Part shown: positions 19,956 to 33,749 of the stretch, piece by piece
How positions within the stretch are numbered: position 1 is the stretch's first letter
Layout: every line of letters begins with the position of its first letter
DNA from: the human T2T-CHM13v2.0 reference genome, Homo sapiens
DNA length: 64,000 nt
Direction: 5' to 3' (one strand)
Assembly (NCBI RefSeq): GCF_009914755.1
Contig: NC_060932.1
The notes under the pieces: generated by a model
Told to the model about the DNA's origin: nothing
Database searches by the model: none
What the model saw: the letters and a program-made list of their open reading frames with translations, nothing else
Program-made: the position numbers and the translations under genes

Positions 19956-22280
19956 ATTAGTCACACAAATAAGTTGTGATGGCGCTCTAAGTGACCTCAG
20001 CAGAGTTCTTGAAAATGTTCATATCCTTCAAATTCTTCTCTTGTCAAATTAAACAGTGGGAAAGAGAACTTTTGTGGCATTCACTGGTGACCCTGACTCT
20101 GCTTGCAAGCATCTTTCTGCTGTTGCACGTTGTCGTCATCCTCTCAGCGTCGTTTCCTAACTGGACCTTTGTTGGAGAGAATCTCCGTGCTTCCTGAACC
20201 TTCACCAGGGTTTCCTGTTTGGGAGTGGGTGGCTCAGTTGCAGTTTGGCCTTGGAATGATTTGCAGTCCGATTTTTCCTTCAGCAAATCGCTCTTTTGAT
20301 TGTAGTTGATGCTAAAATGCTATGCTTTGCAATCTGTGGTTTTAAGGGTGGGAGTGAGATGCAATATTAAGGAAGGCAGCCCAGACTTTTCCCTTACTTT
20401 AAACATTTAATAATAGTGCACTTATTGATTATAATCTGTACAGATATAGAGCAAGTTATAAACCTCTTCCTTTTATTTATTTTCTTCACTTAGACTGTAT
20501 TCACGTAAAGTGTATTTACAATAAGAAGAAAAAAGCCTTGAGGTACAAAACCCAAAAGAATATCTGAGGTATAAATACAAGTATATCTTAAATAATAATC
20601 TTTATCATGCTTTATCTATGTTTGAAAGCACAGTGGACATGTTTCTTAATAGAATGGTATATACAACATAAAATCTTACAAATCTGGAAGCCATCAAAAT
20701 TGAATATCCATGTATATCTTCATGAGGAACACTGATATCCAAAATACTCAAATTTTAAAACTCTAATCTGATGCCCTGCCCCAAAATTCTTCAAAGAACC
20801 TTTGAAATAACACTGAAAATGGTAACTAAATTATAACAAAATAAAAATCCTTCTTACAGCTCTCATTCATACATTATTCACTTTTGATCCATACACAATA
20901 AATTTACTAATACTGTCTCTTGAGTCAATCCTTACCATTACAGTAAAACCTGAATAAAGACCACCCTTCTAAAGGTTCTAAAAAACTTCACTGGTTTGGG
21001 TTGGTTTTCTTCTTGTTGCGTTTTACTATGATTACTATTTTTCATTACCACTTAAATATATTTCCAGGGCATTCTAAAGGAAAAAAAAAAAAAAGAAATG
21101 TAGGAAAAATAAAATAAGACAAAAAGTCATAAAACCAGAAAACCTATTTGCTGATAAGAACAAGCCCAATGAATAAACACATGTGGCTTTCAGGAATGCC
21201 GTTAACAACCAAAGGCGGGGAAAAAGCCTTTTGTAGGTGAGTTAAATTTACAGGGATTTCCTTGGGACACACATAGTTTCCTATATTCCCAAACATAGTG
21301 TCTTAAGGCGTTTCTGTTACAAACACAAAAATGCAAAGAATTCTAACAGGGAAAAAGTGTTGATGCTTGATTTAAGAGTAAGTGTTATCGTGTTCAGTTT
21401 TTATATCTCGACTTAAACAAAAAACAAAACAAAACAAAACAAAACCCTGTGGATCAGAGCCAGTAAGGCTGGAGGGAGCAGTTCATCCCTGAACTAATCC
21501 ATACTGGTTAAAACTACATCACTATTTGCAATCGGGTCTAAAAATAAACTGCATTTGGAATGGGTGTAAGAGCCAACCTATTACAATCAAAGTACAGAAG
21601 AGGTTCGTGGAAAAGGAATATGCTTAATAACTTCGAAAAAAAATACCCATAAATGGACAAGGGTGTTGGGCCCCCTTTCTGGGTGGATTCAGGGGTAGTC
21701 AGATATTCCAGGTTAAACTGAACCTGATGCATCAATCTCCTTCTTGGAGGTGTCTCAGTGTGCCAGACACTGAATCCACCTTAGACATCTATTGCCATTC
21801 AGCCAGCAACAAACACACATTCACACTCCTCTGTGCAAACCTTTCTTTGCTCATCTTGGTGAGAAAACACATCCAAGAGTACCAACTATTCCAGTGGATA
21901 CACCAGTCCCTCAACACACTGCAAATAAAGCGACACAGGTACGCATACACTGATATCACAAGAGAATGAAGTATCTTCATTATCTTCCATAATGTATTTA
22001 AAGAGTTTTGCTTCTCAGAAGCAATCTGAATAAGAATACACATAAATTTTTTTTTTTTTTTTGCACAGTCTTACATATTCCAGTCAAGGTCTATGAATAC
22101 AGACCCTCAACAAACAGGAAGCAGCTTTAAAAATGTATCAAATTGCTATAGTCAATTCCTACACTCCAGCTTGTAGTTTTCTTTGTTTCAGGATTAGACA
22201 CAGAACCCATTCTTCAAGGACTGGCAAAAGTTCTAGAAACAAACACCATGGTGGTGGAAGCGGTTGCGTTGCTTCAGTGA
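19835..22280 (-). other. DLC1: DLC1 3' UTR (~2.4 kb)
   Basis: AT-rich, Alu-free stretch following the stop codon in an otherwise Alu-dense locus; ends at an AATAAA. Confidence 0.85.
19853..19858 (-). terminator. Distal polyadenylation signal AATAAA
   Basis: TTTATT on the + strand at the end of the Alu-free UTR. Confidence 0.75.
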
Positions 22281-22401
22281 TCACCTAGATTTGGTGTCTT
22301 TGGTTTCAGTGTTCTGGTTACTGAAGGAATCCCGGATCTTTACAACTTCAGCTGCACACAAATGTCCAAAAGATTTTGTGTACCATTCTGGCATGTGGCC
22401 C
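22281..22401 (-). CDS. DLC1: DLC1 last exon, coding part (121 nt): GHMPEWYTKSFGHLCAAEVVKIRDSFSNQNTETKDTKSR*
   Basis: Acceptor GATAG|G, TGA at 22281-22283. Confidence 0.97.
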
Positions 22402-22759
22402 CTATCAGAGAAAAGAAAGAAAAGCTGATGAATTATTTAAGTTAGAAAGCATGGAAATAAAATGAGAAACATCTGTTTGCTAGTTCAAATGCATAAAATC
22501 TATCATTTCCCATGCCTTTGAATTCATGGCCGAGCTACCATATTTGCTTTGCTTTAGAACCACATTTTCTAAGGGAACCAAATTACGAAGTGGTCGCTGA
22601 AAGACCAACAAACATGAAATGCTACTTTCTAAACACCATTCTTCATGAAGTCACCAAGAAAAAATGACGTGTTTGTTTAAGGCATTCTTTGCATTAGACA
22701 AAAAGTCAGAATTTCCTTCATGACCCTCACCATATAAAAAAATCAGAATCAGAACATAC

Positions 22760-22933
22760 CTTAAGTCAACTCTGCACATGTAGGTGAGTTTGGATTTTCC
22801 TGGCCCACAGGGTTCAATCAAATACCTGGACAAGAGCACATTAACCCTCACACCCACCACAGGTGCGCGATCGTGATCCACAGAGGTTAGTAAAAGGGCA
22901 CAGGCTCCTTTGGGTAAATTAGTCCTCCAGGTT
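22760..22933 (-). CDS. DLC1: DLC1 exon 17 (174 nt), START: TWRTNLPKG...YMCRVDL(R)
   Basis: Acceptor TACAG|A, donor AAG|GTATGT. Confidence 0.97.
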
Positions 22934-23091
22934 CTGTAGAGACAAAACCAGAGGCAGAAATGATGGAATTTCATAGAAGCCAAGTTTAAAATCGTGCTTC
23001 ACTCTTCACTATTTGCAGTGTGGTGACGGGTCAGGCTCAGTGGCCATGCTGTGTGACCCAGGCCTAGGTAAATGGCATCCTCTAAACTACT

Positions 23092-24022
23092 TGCTATGGT
23101 GTACATGTGTTCCCCAAAAAGCATGTGATGGAAAGTGAATGCCCAATACAACAGTGTTGGGAGGTGGGGCCTAATGGGAGCTGGATTAATGCCAATTATA
23201 AAAGAGCTTAAGGCTGGGTTCCATGGCTCACGCCTGTAATCCCAGCACTTTGGGAAGCTGGGGAGGGAGGACTGCTTGAGCTCAGGAGTTCAAGACCAGC
23301 CTGGACAACATAGTGATACCTCATCTCTACTAAAAATAAAAAATATTAGCCGGGCATGGTGGTGTGCTCCTGTAGTCTCAGCTACTCCGGGGGCTGAGAT
23401 GGTAGGATTGCTTAAGCTGTAATCATGCCACTGTACTCAAACTTGGGCAACAAAGTGATACCCCCCCATCTCAAAATAAATAAATATAAAAATAAAAATG
23501 GCTTGAGGCTGCACATTTGCTCTTTTGCTCTCCCTTGCCCTCTCTTTGCCCTTCCACTATGGGATGACACAGCAAAAAGACCCTCATTAGGCATGGTGGG
23601 TGGCCCATGCCTGTAATCCCGGCGCTTTGGGAGGTTGAGGTAGGAGGATCGCTTGAGCCCAGGAGTTTTGAGACCAGCCTGGACAATATGGTGAAACCAT
23701 GTCTCTACCAGAAACAAAAAAATTAGCCAGGTGTGATGGCACATGCCTGCAGTCCCAACTACTTGGGAGGCTGAGGGGGGAGGATTGCTTGAGCCTGGGA
23801 GGTGAAGGCTTCAGCAGCCATGAGTGTGCCACTGCACCCTAGCCTTGGTGACAGAATGAAACCATGTCCCCAAATCAATCAAACAACCAACCAACTAACC
23901 AGATGCAACTCCTTGATCTTGAACTTCCCAGCCTTTAGATCCATGAGCCAAATAAATATCTGTTCATTATAATTGCCTGGTCTGTGAGATTCTGTTAGAG
24001 CAGCATTACATGCACGAAGACA
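23092..24022 (+). mobile_element. MST-type MaLR LTR interrupted by two Alus (~23212-23500, ~23589-23900)
   Basis: Starts tgctatgg; contains gtgttgggaggtggggcctaatgggag, cttgatcttgaacttcccagcct and aataaa; ends aagaca. Confidence 0.82.
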
Positions 24023-24549
24023 CTGTACAAGGACTGCTGAATGAGGAACTCTGTACAGAGCCGTTGTTACAGAGGGTTTATGTGCTCAGACAGTCTCCTC
24101 TTTGAAAAAAGAGCCCATTTGAAGTGTAGCTTAAAACCATTTTTCTATTTCACAAATGTCTTGGAACACAGACACCTAAAGGAGCGCTGGCTGTTTGAAA
24201 AGGTCTGGACTTCCAATGTGACATTTCCACAAAGATTTTTGGAATTCTTCTTTCAGTAATATCTCCAGAGAATTTATGAATTACACATACATCAGCCTTA
24301 ACCACATCTCCCTTGGGACTCAAATGTTATTTCCTGGCTTATTCATTCACTAGCTGTTTCTGACAAGAAAATCTATCCTAAAAGGGGCAAAAATCTGCTA
24401 CGAATGAGCATATTCATTGGAAGGGGCCTCTCTTTCTGAGCTCAGTTACCAAAGAGTTCAGACCATTCTCAGCGAGGAACACACTGCTAGAATAAATGTA
24501 GATCTGTTTTCCATATTTGAAGGTGTTCACTACTTTTCTGGAAGCATAT

Positions 24550-24864
<315 letters not shown>

Positions 24865-24956
24865 TAATTATACCATCTTGTAAGATCAGTGACATATAGG
24901 CTTGGTTCATATATGGAGTCATCCTTGTCACAAAAAAACAACTGGGAAGCGCTCAC

Positions 24957-25174
24957 CTTAAAACAACGTAGTCTCGAGCAGGATGAGGTGCCATACTGTT
25001 TTGGACATACTGGTAAATTTCAGTTTGGCTGTCCAGAATTTCGATCACTTTTGAATCCAACAGGTCTACATCCCAGAGGTGCTGTTCTTTAAGTAGGCGC
25101 TTTAAGATTTCCTCTGGCACAGCAGGGACTTCAATGACTGACCTCCAAAGCCTCAGAGGGGGTCCTTCGCTCAC
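24957..25174 (-). CDS. DLC1: DLC1 exon 16 (218 nt), START: VSEGPPLRLW...PARDYVVL(R)
   Basis: Acceptor TTCCAG|GTG, donor AAG|GTGAGC. Confidence 0.97.
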
Positions 25175-25446
25175 CTGGAAAGAGGATGTATTTTTCAGTG
25201 CCAAGGCAATCCATACACACCTAGTTTTTGAAGTCGAATTGTTAGTTAGACTAACAATTTTAGTTACATATAATCAACGTTAATTGATTAAATGATATAA
25301 ATAATACTATATAATCAGTATATAAAGAAATATTGGGGGCTAATAAATCTATGACTTAAATAGGCTGCTGTCCCCAAGCATATTTAAGAGCAAGCCAGAA
25401 AGTGAAAAAAAGCTGTTGTCAACTCGAGTCAAAATGATGACATTTG

Positions 25447-26137
<691 letters not shown>

Positions 26138-26720
26138 TCATTTCCAAAGCCGGCAAGGCCACCCAGCCTACTCCCACTGTTTGTTTATTTTCAAGATGGT
26201 AGAGGCGGCATCAACATATACCTCCGATGGACCTATCCTGCTGAGCCTTACAAGATGCCTCTGCCCTCAAGAGGTTTACCAGTCCTAACTGGAGTTAATT
26301 TCCCCCTAAGGGATCCCCGCTCATTAAAGGGCCAAGAGAACAGTAACTAAGAACAGAGAAGAGTGCAAAGGGATTCTGACCAAATTATGGAAAAATCGAA
26401 GCGTGTCATAGGATGTTCCGCATCTCAATGCCATTAGCAAAACATTCTAGGGAAGTCTAGTGTGATTCTGTAGAGCCAAAGGAGTTCATTAGAAATAGTT
26501 GAAATCCTCTCCCAAGTGTTACACAGGAAGAAAATTACTCTTGCTTTGCCCGGTTTCCACTCTCACCACGGGGATCTTACTCACCCCGGTGCCCAGCTCT
26601 ACAAGGGAGGTTGTGGGCTACAGATCCCCAGACAGATTAGTTGGCAAAAGCGTGTTATCTCTGATGGACCCAAGCTTCGACTCCTGGACTCAACTAGCCG
26701 ACAACAGGGTGAAGCCTTAC

Positions 26721-26939
26721 CTTCTTATAGGACAGCTCAGCCTGCTCCGAAGTGGAGTAGCTGACCCAGCCTTTAAACTTCTCTTTGACTTCTTTAAACA
26801 GGCCATCCACACAGTCCTGGAGGAAGTGTTGGTAGTCAGCTGAGTCATCATTACCCAGGTGCCCGAGTGCTTCCAGAGTGAGGGGCTTCAGCTCTTGTTC
26901 GGTATAGGAATTACGACATCGGCTCATTTCCTCGGGAAC
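26721..26939 (-). CDS. DLC1: DLC1 exon 15 (219 nt): VPEEMSRC...AELSYKK, start of START domain
   Basis: Acceptor CACAG|GTT, donor AAG|GTAAGG, phase 0-0. Confidence 0.97.
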
Positions 26940-27259
26940 CTGTGCGGAACATGACAGACAGAAAGGAGGTGAGTCCACCTGTACTCAATCTCAATGCCCA
27001 TCAGTGGAAAAGACTGGGTAGGAACAATGGCCTGGTCCTTAAAGCAGTGCAGGCATCTTCCCGCCGGAGGTGGGCTATCATGCTGACCGCACGTGTTATC
27101 ACGAGGATATGAACAGATCACCTCCATAAATGTATCTGAAATCTTATTTCCATGTAAGGTCTTTGGAAAGTTAGAGTAGGGGGAGTGAATTACATTGGTC
27201 AAAGCAGGTTTCTCAGATACGGAAGTGGATACAGAAGTTTAATTCCAGATAATTTGTTG

Positions 27260-27575
27260 CTTTTTCTTTCTTTCTTTCTTTTTTTTTTTTTTGAGAGAGA
27301 GTTTCATTCTGTTACCTAGTGGAGTGCAGTGGCAAAATATTGGTTCATTGCAACCTCCACATCCCTGGGCTCAGGTGATCCTCCCACCTCAGCCTCCCAA
27401 GTAGTTGAGACTACAGGTGTGCACCACCACACCCGGCTAATTTTTAAATTTTTTTTTGTAGAGATGAGGTCTCACCATGTTGCCCGGGTTGGTCTTGAAC
27501 TCCGGAGCTCAAGTGATCCACCCACCTCAGCCTCCCAAAGTGTTAGAATTACAGGCGTGAGCCACTGCGCCCGGC
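27260..27575 (-). mobile_element. AluJ in intron 14
   Basis: Antisense Alu dimer. Confidence 0.9.
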
Positions 27576-27786
27576 TGCTTTTCCAAGTAAAGGGACAATT
27601 TCATTAAACATGATTAACTCTAGCTGATACATTATAATATATGTAAATAAGACATTCTCAGGCTATTTATACCGTCTCCAGCTGTGGAAAAGGTCTTCAG
27701 GTAAGACATGAACAAGGGTCAAGCCTAAGATTTTGTACCTATTCACATTATCCTTAATAAAGGAGCCAAACTTCTCAATTCCTTAC

Positions 27787-27901
27787 CTGGAAAAGCTTCT
27801 TGCACTCGGCGATCATATGGGCCAGCCCTTGAGTGGCAGCTAGGTTTTCATTCAAATCTTTCTGATCTGGTTTGCCCAAACTTTGTTTTCTTTGCATTAC
27901 C
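27787..27901 (-). CDS. DLC1: DLC1 exon 14 (115 nt): VMQRKQSLGKPDQKDL...ECKKLFQ
   Basis: Acceptor CCTAG|G, donor CAG|GTAAGG. Translated by hand. Confidence 0.97.
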
Positions 27902-28433
27902 CTAGGTAGAAGAAATACAGGAGGGGAACAGTTCAAATATTTATATATTTTTCTTCAAGGTATTATTCAAGGAAACCCAAAGAAGAGAGAAAAAAAAATT
28001 TTCACTGGAATCTGTTTATTGTTAAGTGGATTAAGAGTGTTTTTACTTTGGTCACCAGAGTATCTCAGAGTTTTGTCAACAACACACAAAAAAACATTAA
28101 AGAGATATGCTTTTGATGAAATCCAGGTGATTCAAACCATTTAATTAAATAGGTTCCTACTGGGAACAGGGCAGCTTGTAGGGGCTGTGTTTGCATGGTG
28201 GGGGAGCAACTTCTGAGGAGTGTGGGAAAGGAGTCCCAGGGAGTTGGAGTAAAGGGTGTCATCATCTTTATCTGCCTGAATACACAGGCCCCCTCCCACA
28301 GGTGAGGGCTAAGTCCATTGTTTCCTTGACCTTTTGTCTTCATCTTATTTGATCTCTCTCCTCTACTCATCTCTAGCTCTGTATCCCATTGCAGTTGGAA
28401 TGCCCCAGTCAACTTTAAGAACTATTTAAATGT

Positions 28434-28725
<292 letters not shown>

Positions 28726-29078
28726 TTAAACATACATTTAAACATTATATGACTTTCAGAAGCAACCTAACCTGCACTAGCATAACTAGGCCCCAGGCCT
28801 CTAGCTAAGAAATACTTTTCAAGTTCCTTTAGAGCTGAGGAAAAGGATCAGTTCGATGGATTTTGTCTGTGGGGGTTAAGTCCAGTGAGACTATTTTCTC
28901 ATGCACGCCAACAGACCAGTCTCAGGTATGTCTTTATTAGCGGTGTGAGAATGGACTAATATAGCGGTCTAACCTTCTTGCTTGTTTCAGGAAAGAGTCC
29001 CACAAAACCACAGCTACGGAGAGTCCTAGGAAGAATGTAGGCTGCCCCGTGTGCATGCACCTCCCATGCAGCCCGTAC

Positions 29079-29292
29079 CTGGGAGAGGAATTCTCTCTCT
29101 TCAGGGTGTTGAGATGGAAGAGGGAAGGCGCTAAGCACACGGCCAGGTTGGTTGGGGTCATCTGGTTTTCTTTTACGGCTGCTGTGACATCGCTCAGGAA
29201 ATAAAGCAGGGTCTGCAGAACCTCCCGGTTCTCGTCAGGCAGCAGCATGATGGCAGCCTTGATGGCCTGCAGGCGCTGGTCCTTGGGCACAT
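29079..29292 (-). CDS. DLC1: DLC1 exon 13 (214 nt), RhoGAP: (Y)VPKDQRLQ...NLAVCLAPSLF...ENSSP(R)
   Basis: RhoGAP motif NQMTPTNLAVCLAPSL. Acceptor TGCAG|AT, donor CAG|GTACGG. Confidence 0.97.
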
Positions 29293-30848
29293 CTGCACGA
29301 CACCAGCACTTTCTCCATCAGCTTGGTGAATTTGCATGGACATTGCAAGGAAATGTCCCAGAGCAAATATCGGCATCAAATACCTCAGCCCAGTACTGAA
29401 CAAGCACTTGTAGAAAGTGCACTAGAGGTTAATACGGTAAAAGTTATGAATTGCCACCGGCGTCACTATCCTCAAGTATTTCCTGCCTCATGAAGGAGTG
29501 AAAAAATTTTTAAACACCCACAATACCCAAACACTCTTAAATCCACCTCAGAGTTCGGCTCTAGAGGATGCCTGCTCTTTTAGTTTACAGAACAGTTTTT
29601 TCTTTCCTAAGCATGAAAAAAAAAATCCCTAATTTATCAATCTCAATTACTGAAAACACTATACACTTTTGTTTAGTGTTGATGAAAAATCTTATCTGAG
29701 ATATGTACAAGAACGTAAGAACACAGATCTCTCAGCCTTGAGTACAAAATGTTCAGTATCTCTGGAGATTTGCATGAGTTTAACTGATTTGTTCCTTCTT
29801 GAAGTGGGAAAAGCTGCTAAAATATTCAGTTCTGAATTGAACTGAACTGAAAATATTCAGTTCAGTTAAATTAATAAATAAAATACACTGAATTAGTAAT
29901 TTCTTAAGTTTTAGAAAGCATGCTCGAGAGGCTATAAAAATGCATATGAATATGCAAATATATAAAAATGCAAATAAACCCATAAACAATCTACAGGTAG
30001 AAAATGCTGATCCCGATCTTCAGGTCTCCTTGAATACATAACTCTTTAAAAGAGCATGTGGTGGAAAAATCAAGTCACTCAAATGTAGCTCCATAGGACA
30101 AACTGATTAAACAGCTCCATGGTTACAGCACATAACAAATACCTCGGTGAGGAAAATGTGACCTGTGTTTTTATAAAATATGAAAGGATGAAACAACCAA
30201 TGAAATAATCCAGACCAGCTCCATTTCTCATAAAATAAAGTCCACTGTGCCAATCCTAGAGACAATTTGAGCGCTAAGAGAGGCTGCTTTTAAATTACGT
30301 TGCTGTAATACCACACTGAGCCAAGAAAAACACAAGGCTGTAAAAGCCATAATCCTGATCTTGATCATTAATTTCGACAACTGTTTTCTTTAAGCTTTAC
30401 ATAAAAGTAAGAAGGGCATGGGTATTGTTCTCCCAAGTATTTCTGGCAGAGACTGAGATGAATAACAGAAAAAGATTATTTATTCATTTTACAGCAAGAT
30501 AAAACACACAGACACCTGTGAAATTTTAAATCCAACGGCCCTCCAAGAGGGGTGTGAAGCAACTGAAATTTCTGTAGACAAGGTGGAGACAGAAAGAGAT
30601 CTTCGTACCTGATCTTTATCTGACCAGCTCAGATAACACTGTTCTAGAAACTAATGAAAGTCTAACTTTTCATTTTGCACGTAAAAACGTACAATTGCAT
30701 CAGTCATTAGAGACTGGGAAATTTATTTTCACATCATTCAATAATTACACAGAAACCTGTTCCACAAACAAGGCGGCAAGGAAGAAGGTGATGACATGGG
30801 TTTCCAAGAGGTCACCATGCAGACTCTCTTGTCAAAAGAACGCTATCA

Positions 30849-31202
<354 letters not shown>

Positions 31203-31223
31203 TTAAGATCAAAGGACACTCAC

Positions 31224-31422
31224 ATTGGTAGATCTGTAGAAAGGTTTCCGAGAGTTTGTTCGTCATTAGTGGCTCAGGAAGATCTCGAAAATACTGCTTC
31301 AGCATGTCTGCCACGTCATAAGCAGACTGTCCTTCGTAGTTGACACAGTCTATGGCACCTTCATTCATCTGGCGCAGAGCCTGAATCCGGGACTTGACCC
31401 CCGATTTTCTGAAGAGCCCAAC
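31224..31422 (-). CDS. DLC1: DLC1 exon 12 (199 nt), RhoGAP core VGLFRKSG...DMLKQYFRDLPEPL
   Basis: Arginine finger R677 (31408-31410), K714 (31297-31299) and R718 (31285-31287) are intact. Donor AAT|GTGAGT. Confidence 0.98.
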
Positions 31423-31550
31423 CTGTCGGAAGAGCAACACTAAGTGTGGGGTACATTCACGTGGACGCAGTGTTTACACCACACAACTAGAAGAAGCTGC
31501 ATGTAATCCGAGCTCCCCTGAGTACGTGGACCCGCAGGCAGCGCTCTCAC

Positions 31551-31710
31551 CTGATCCAAACAATGGTTCCGGAGGTATCGCATGGCCTGCTGGATGCTCT
31601 GAGGCAACGGTTGTCCTGTGCGCTGCACGTTGACCGTCAGTGGGACCCCAAACACACTCCGGTCCTTGTAGTCTGGAACCTTGATCCTCTTCATGAACTT
31701 GGGCACGGCC
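31551..31710 (-). CDS. DLC1: DLC1 exon 11 (160 nt): AVPKFMKRIK...RNHCLDQ, start of RhoGAP domain
   Basis: Acceptor AACAG|G, donor CAG|GTGAGA. Confidence 0.97.
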
Positions 31711-31807
31711 CTGTTAAAGAACACAGAGATGGTGGTGTTGGCGGAGACATGCTCACTTGTCTGTCTACACTTGTCCAATTCTGCAGGCAAACCCTGTGGG
31801 CTCCAGA

Positions 31808-31985
31808 TCTGTGCTAATACGGTGGCTACTTAAATTTAAATTAAACAAAATGACAAATTCAGTTCCCCAGTGGTACTGGCCACACTTCAGGTGCTCCTTC
31901 ATCTTTTGTGCTCAGTACCTACTGTATTGGCCTGTGCAGATAAAGAACATTCCTATCATCCAGACAGTTCTCCTGGACAGTGCTG
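31808..31985 (-). mobile_element. MER3 fossil
   Basis: tttaaattaa...attcagttcc...gaacattcctatcatc...ggacagtgctg. Confidence 0.72.
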
Positions 31986-33712
31986 TTCTAGATCTTCTAA
32001 GAGTGGGGGTTGACAGGTCCGTTTCCTCAGTTAGGAGCGTCCTTCCACCTTGAACCTGGAGAATTGGGGTCTACAGTCTTAAGGAAGCTGATGGATTTCC
32101 TTACAGAATGGCGGTATAGGAAGGAACAAGCAGAAAACAACATGTAATACCCTAATTAGGTGCATCTGATAGAGTGTGAAAAACAAGGTCCCTTTTGTCT
32201 TGAAAAAAGGGTAAGAATCACTTCTGAGTTCTTGATGAGATCGAAAGCATTTAGGGTCAAAAGGCGCAGATAACACATGATGGGAAAACAGCAATGAGAG
32301 CCTAACACAATGGGAGCCAACTCCAGAGCTCAACAGTGAATGACCTGAAGTCAAAATAAAATCTGCTGCTGATGACCCGGAGAACATTACATCTTTAGGT
32401 TTCTAAAGGAAGATGGAAAAGGAACAATGGGGGTTTTGTGAGCCGACCCCAGGCTCCCTGGTGTCCTGAAACCAGGTCCACCCCAGCACTATATGCAACA
32501 GCAGGAAACCCATGTCATGCATTTCAGGCTGTCAAGCAGAAATTCCAGCTCTCCAAATGACCTCTCTGAACAGGACCCGAAAGGGCAAGGCCAAACAGGA
32601 AAAGAACCTTGTGTAGGATTCCTCCCTGCTCCACAGATCCCACCATGTGAGGCTTTTACAGTTGGTTTTGAGTCACTGGAAACACTGACCAGAACTCAAG
32701 AAGTATTATGGACTTTCAGATTCTTGAGGGTTTGGTGGGATGGGGGTGGGCCACTCCGAAATGAGAATCTAAAATATGCAGTTTTAAATAGCCAGCAGGG
32801 AAAATATTACTCTAAGCACAGAGGAACTCCAGAGAAGACAGACTGCTTTGCCTTTTGAATGCTCACCAGCAGCCATGGCATGTTACTGTTTATAGCTCCA
32901 GGAAAGGTAAAACGAAAGAGCAAAGTTAAGTTTGTATTTCCATACAGTTAAGTGTGTGGTATCATGGCTATAAGTGTGCATAATACTCGCTTTGTCGGGG
33001 GAGAAAAGCCCGACGGCGGAATGTGAAAAGAACACATTACGATCCCCACCGAGAATCTGAAGCATGTGAGGATAAACCGGTCAATACTTATTTCTGTCAT
33101 TCAGAACAAACAACTTCTGTATTTAGCAAGGCTCACATAATAACAGCCTTTGAACGGGAGGTGCTTTGATGCTGAAGTTAAATCTGCTATGAGTCCTAAG
33201 GAGAGGAGGAGCTGGAGACAAAAAGAACAGTTTCCTTGCTTTGCCGACTTTCTCAAGCAACTTGGGTTTGCTACAGAGTGCTACTAATGAAATGGGCGGC
33301 TTCTCCATTTTTATCAAATATGGTAGTGTGCGACTGGATAATAAACACTCAGATTACTGAAAAGACTTAAGGATTCCCAGATGACACTGAAAAATGCACT
33401 GAGATGTCAATCTAGAAACATTTCTCTGCTTGGCACTGATAGCAGAAAAATTAAGATGTACCCAGATTAGGTGATATCCATGACCCATCTAGCCTTACAG
33501 CCTACCCCTCACATTCTATATACTAAGGAGCTATATTTTTCAAAGTAATTATGAACAATTTGTACAATGCATTTCATCTCTACATTTGAGTCTATAATAT
33601 GTTAGAGTAGTGAATTCCTTAAAATAATTATTCACTGTTAGACAGTCTTTGCTAGAAAAAAAGTAACCTGAATTCTTTAGCACAGGTGGATGCTACAAAT
33701 ATTCACATCCAA

Positions 33713-33713
<1 letters not shown>

Positions 33714-33749
<36 letters not shown>

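Noticed and set aside
20044-20335. 80-aa ORF and a possible acceptor (CCACAG at 20334) in the 3' UTR
   Set aside because: The ORF starts at TTG, and all three frames from the acceptor stop within 18 codons, so it cannot extend DLC1.
31423-31550. 128-nt intron 11 read through in frame by the ORF track
   Set aside because: Stops at 31440 within the intron; both splice sites are canonical.
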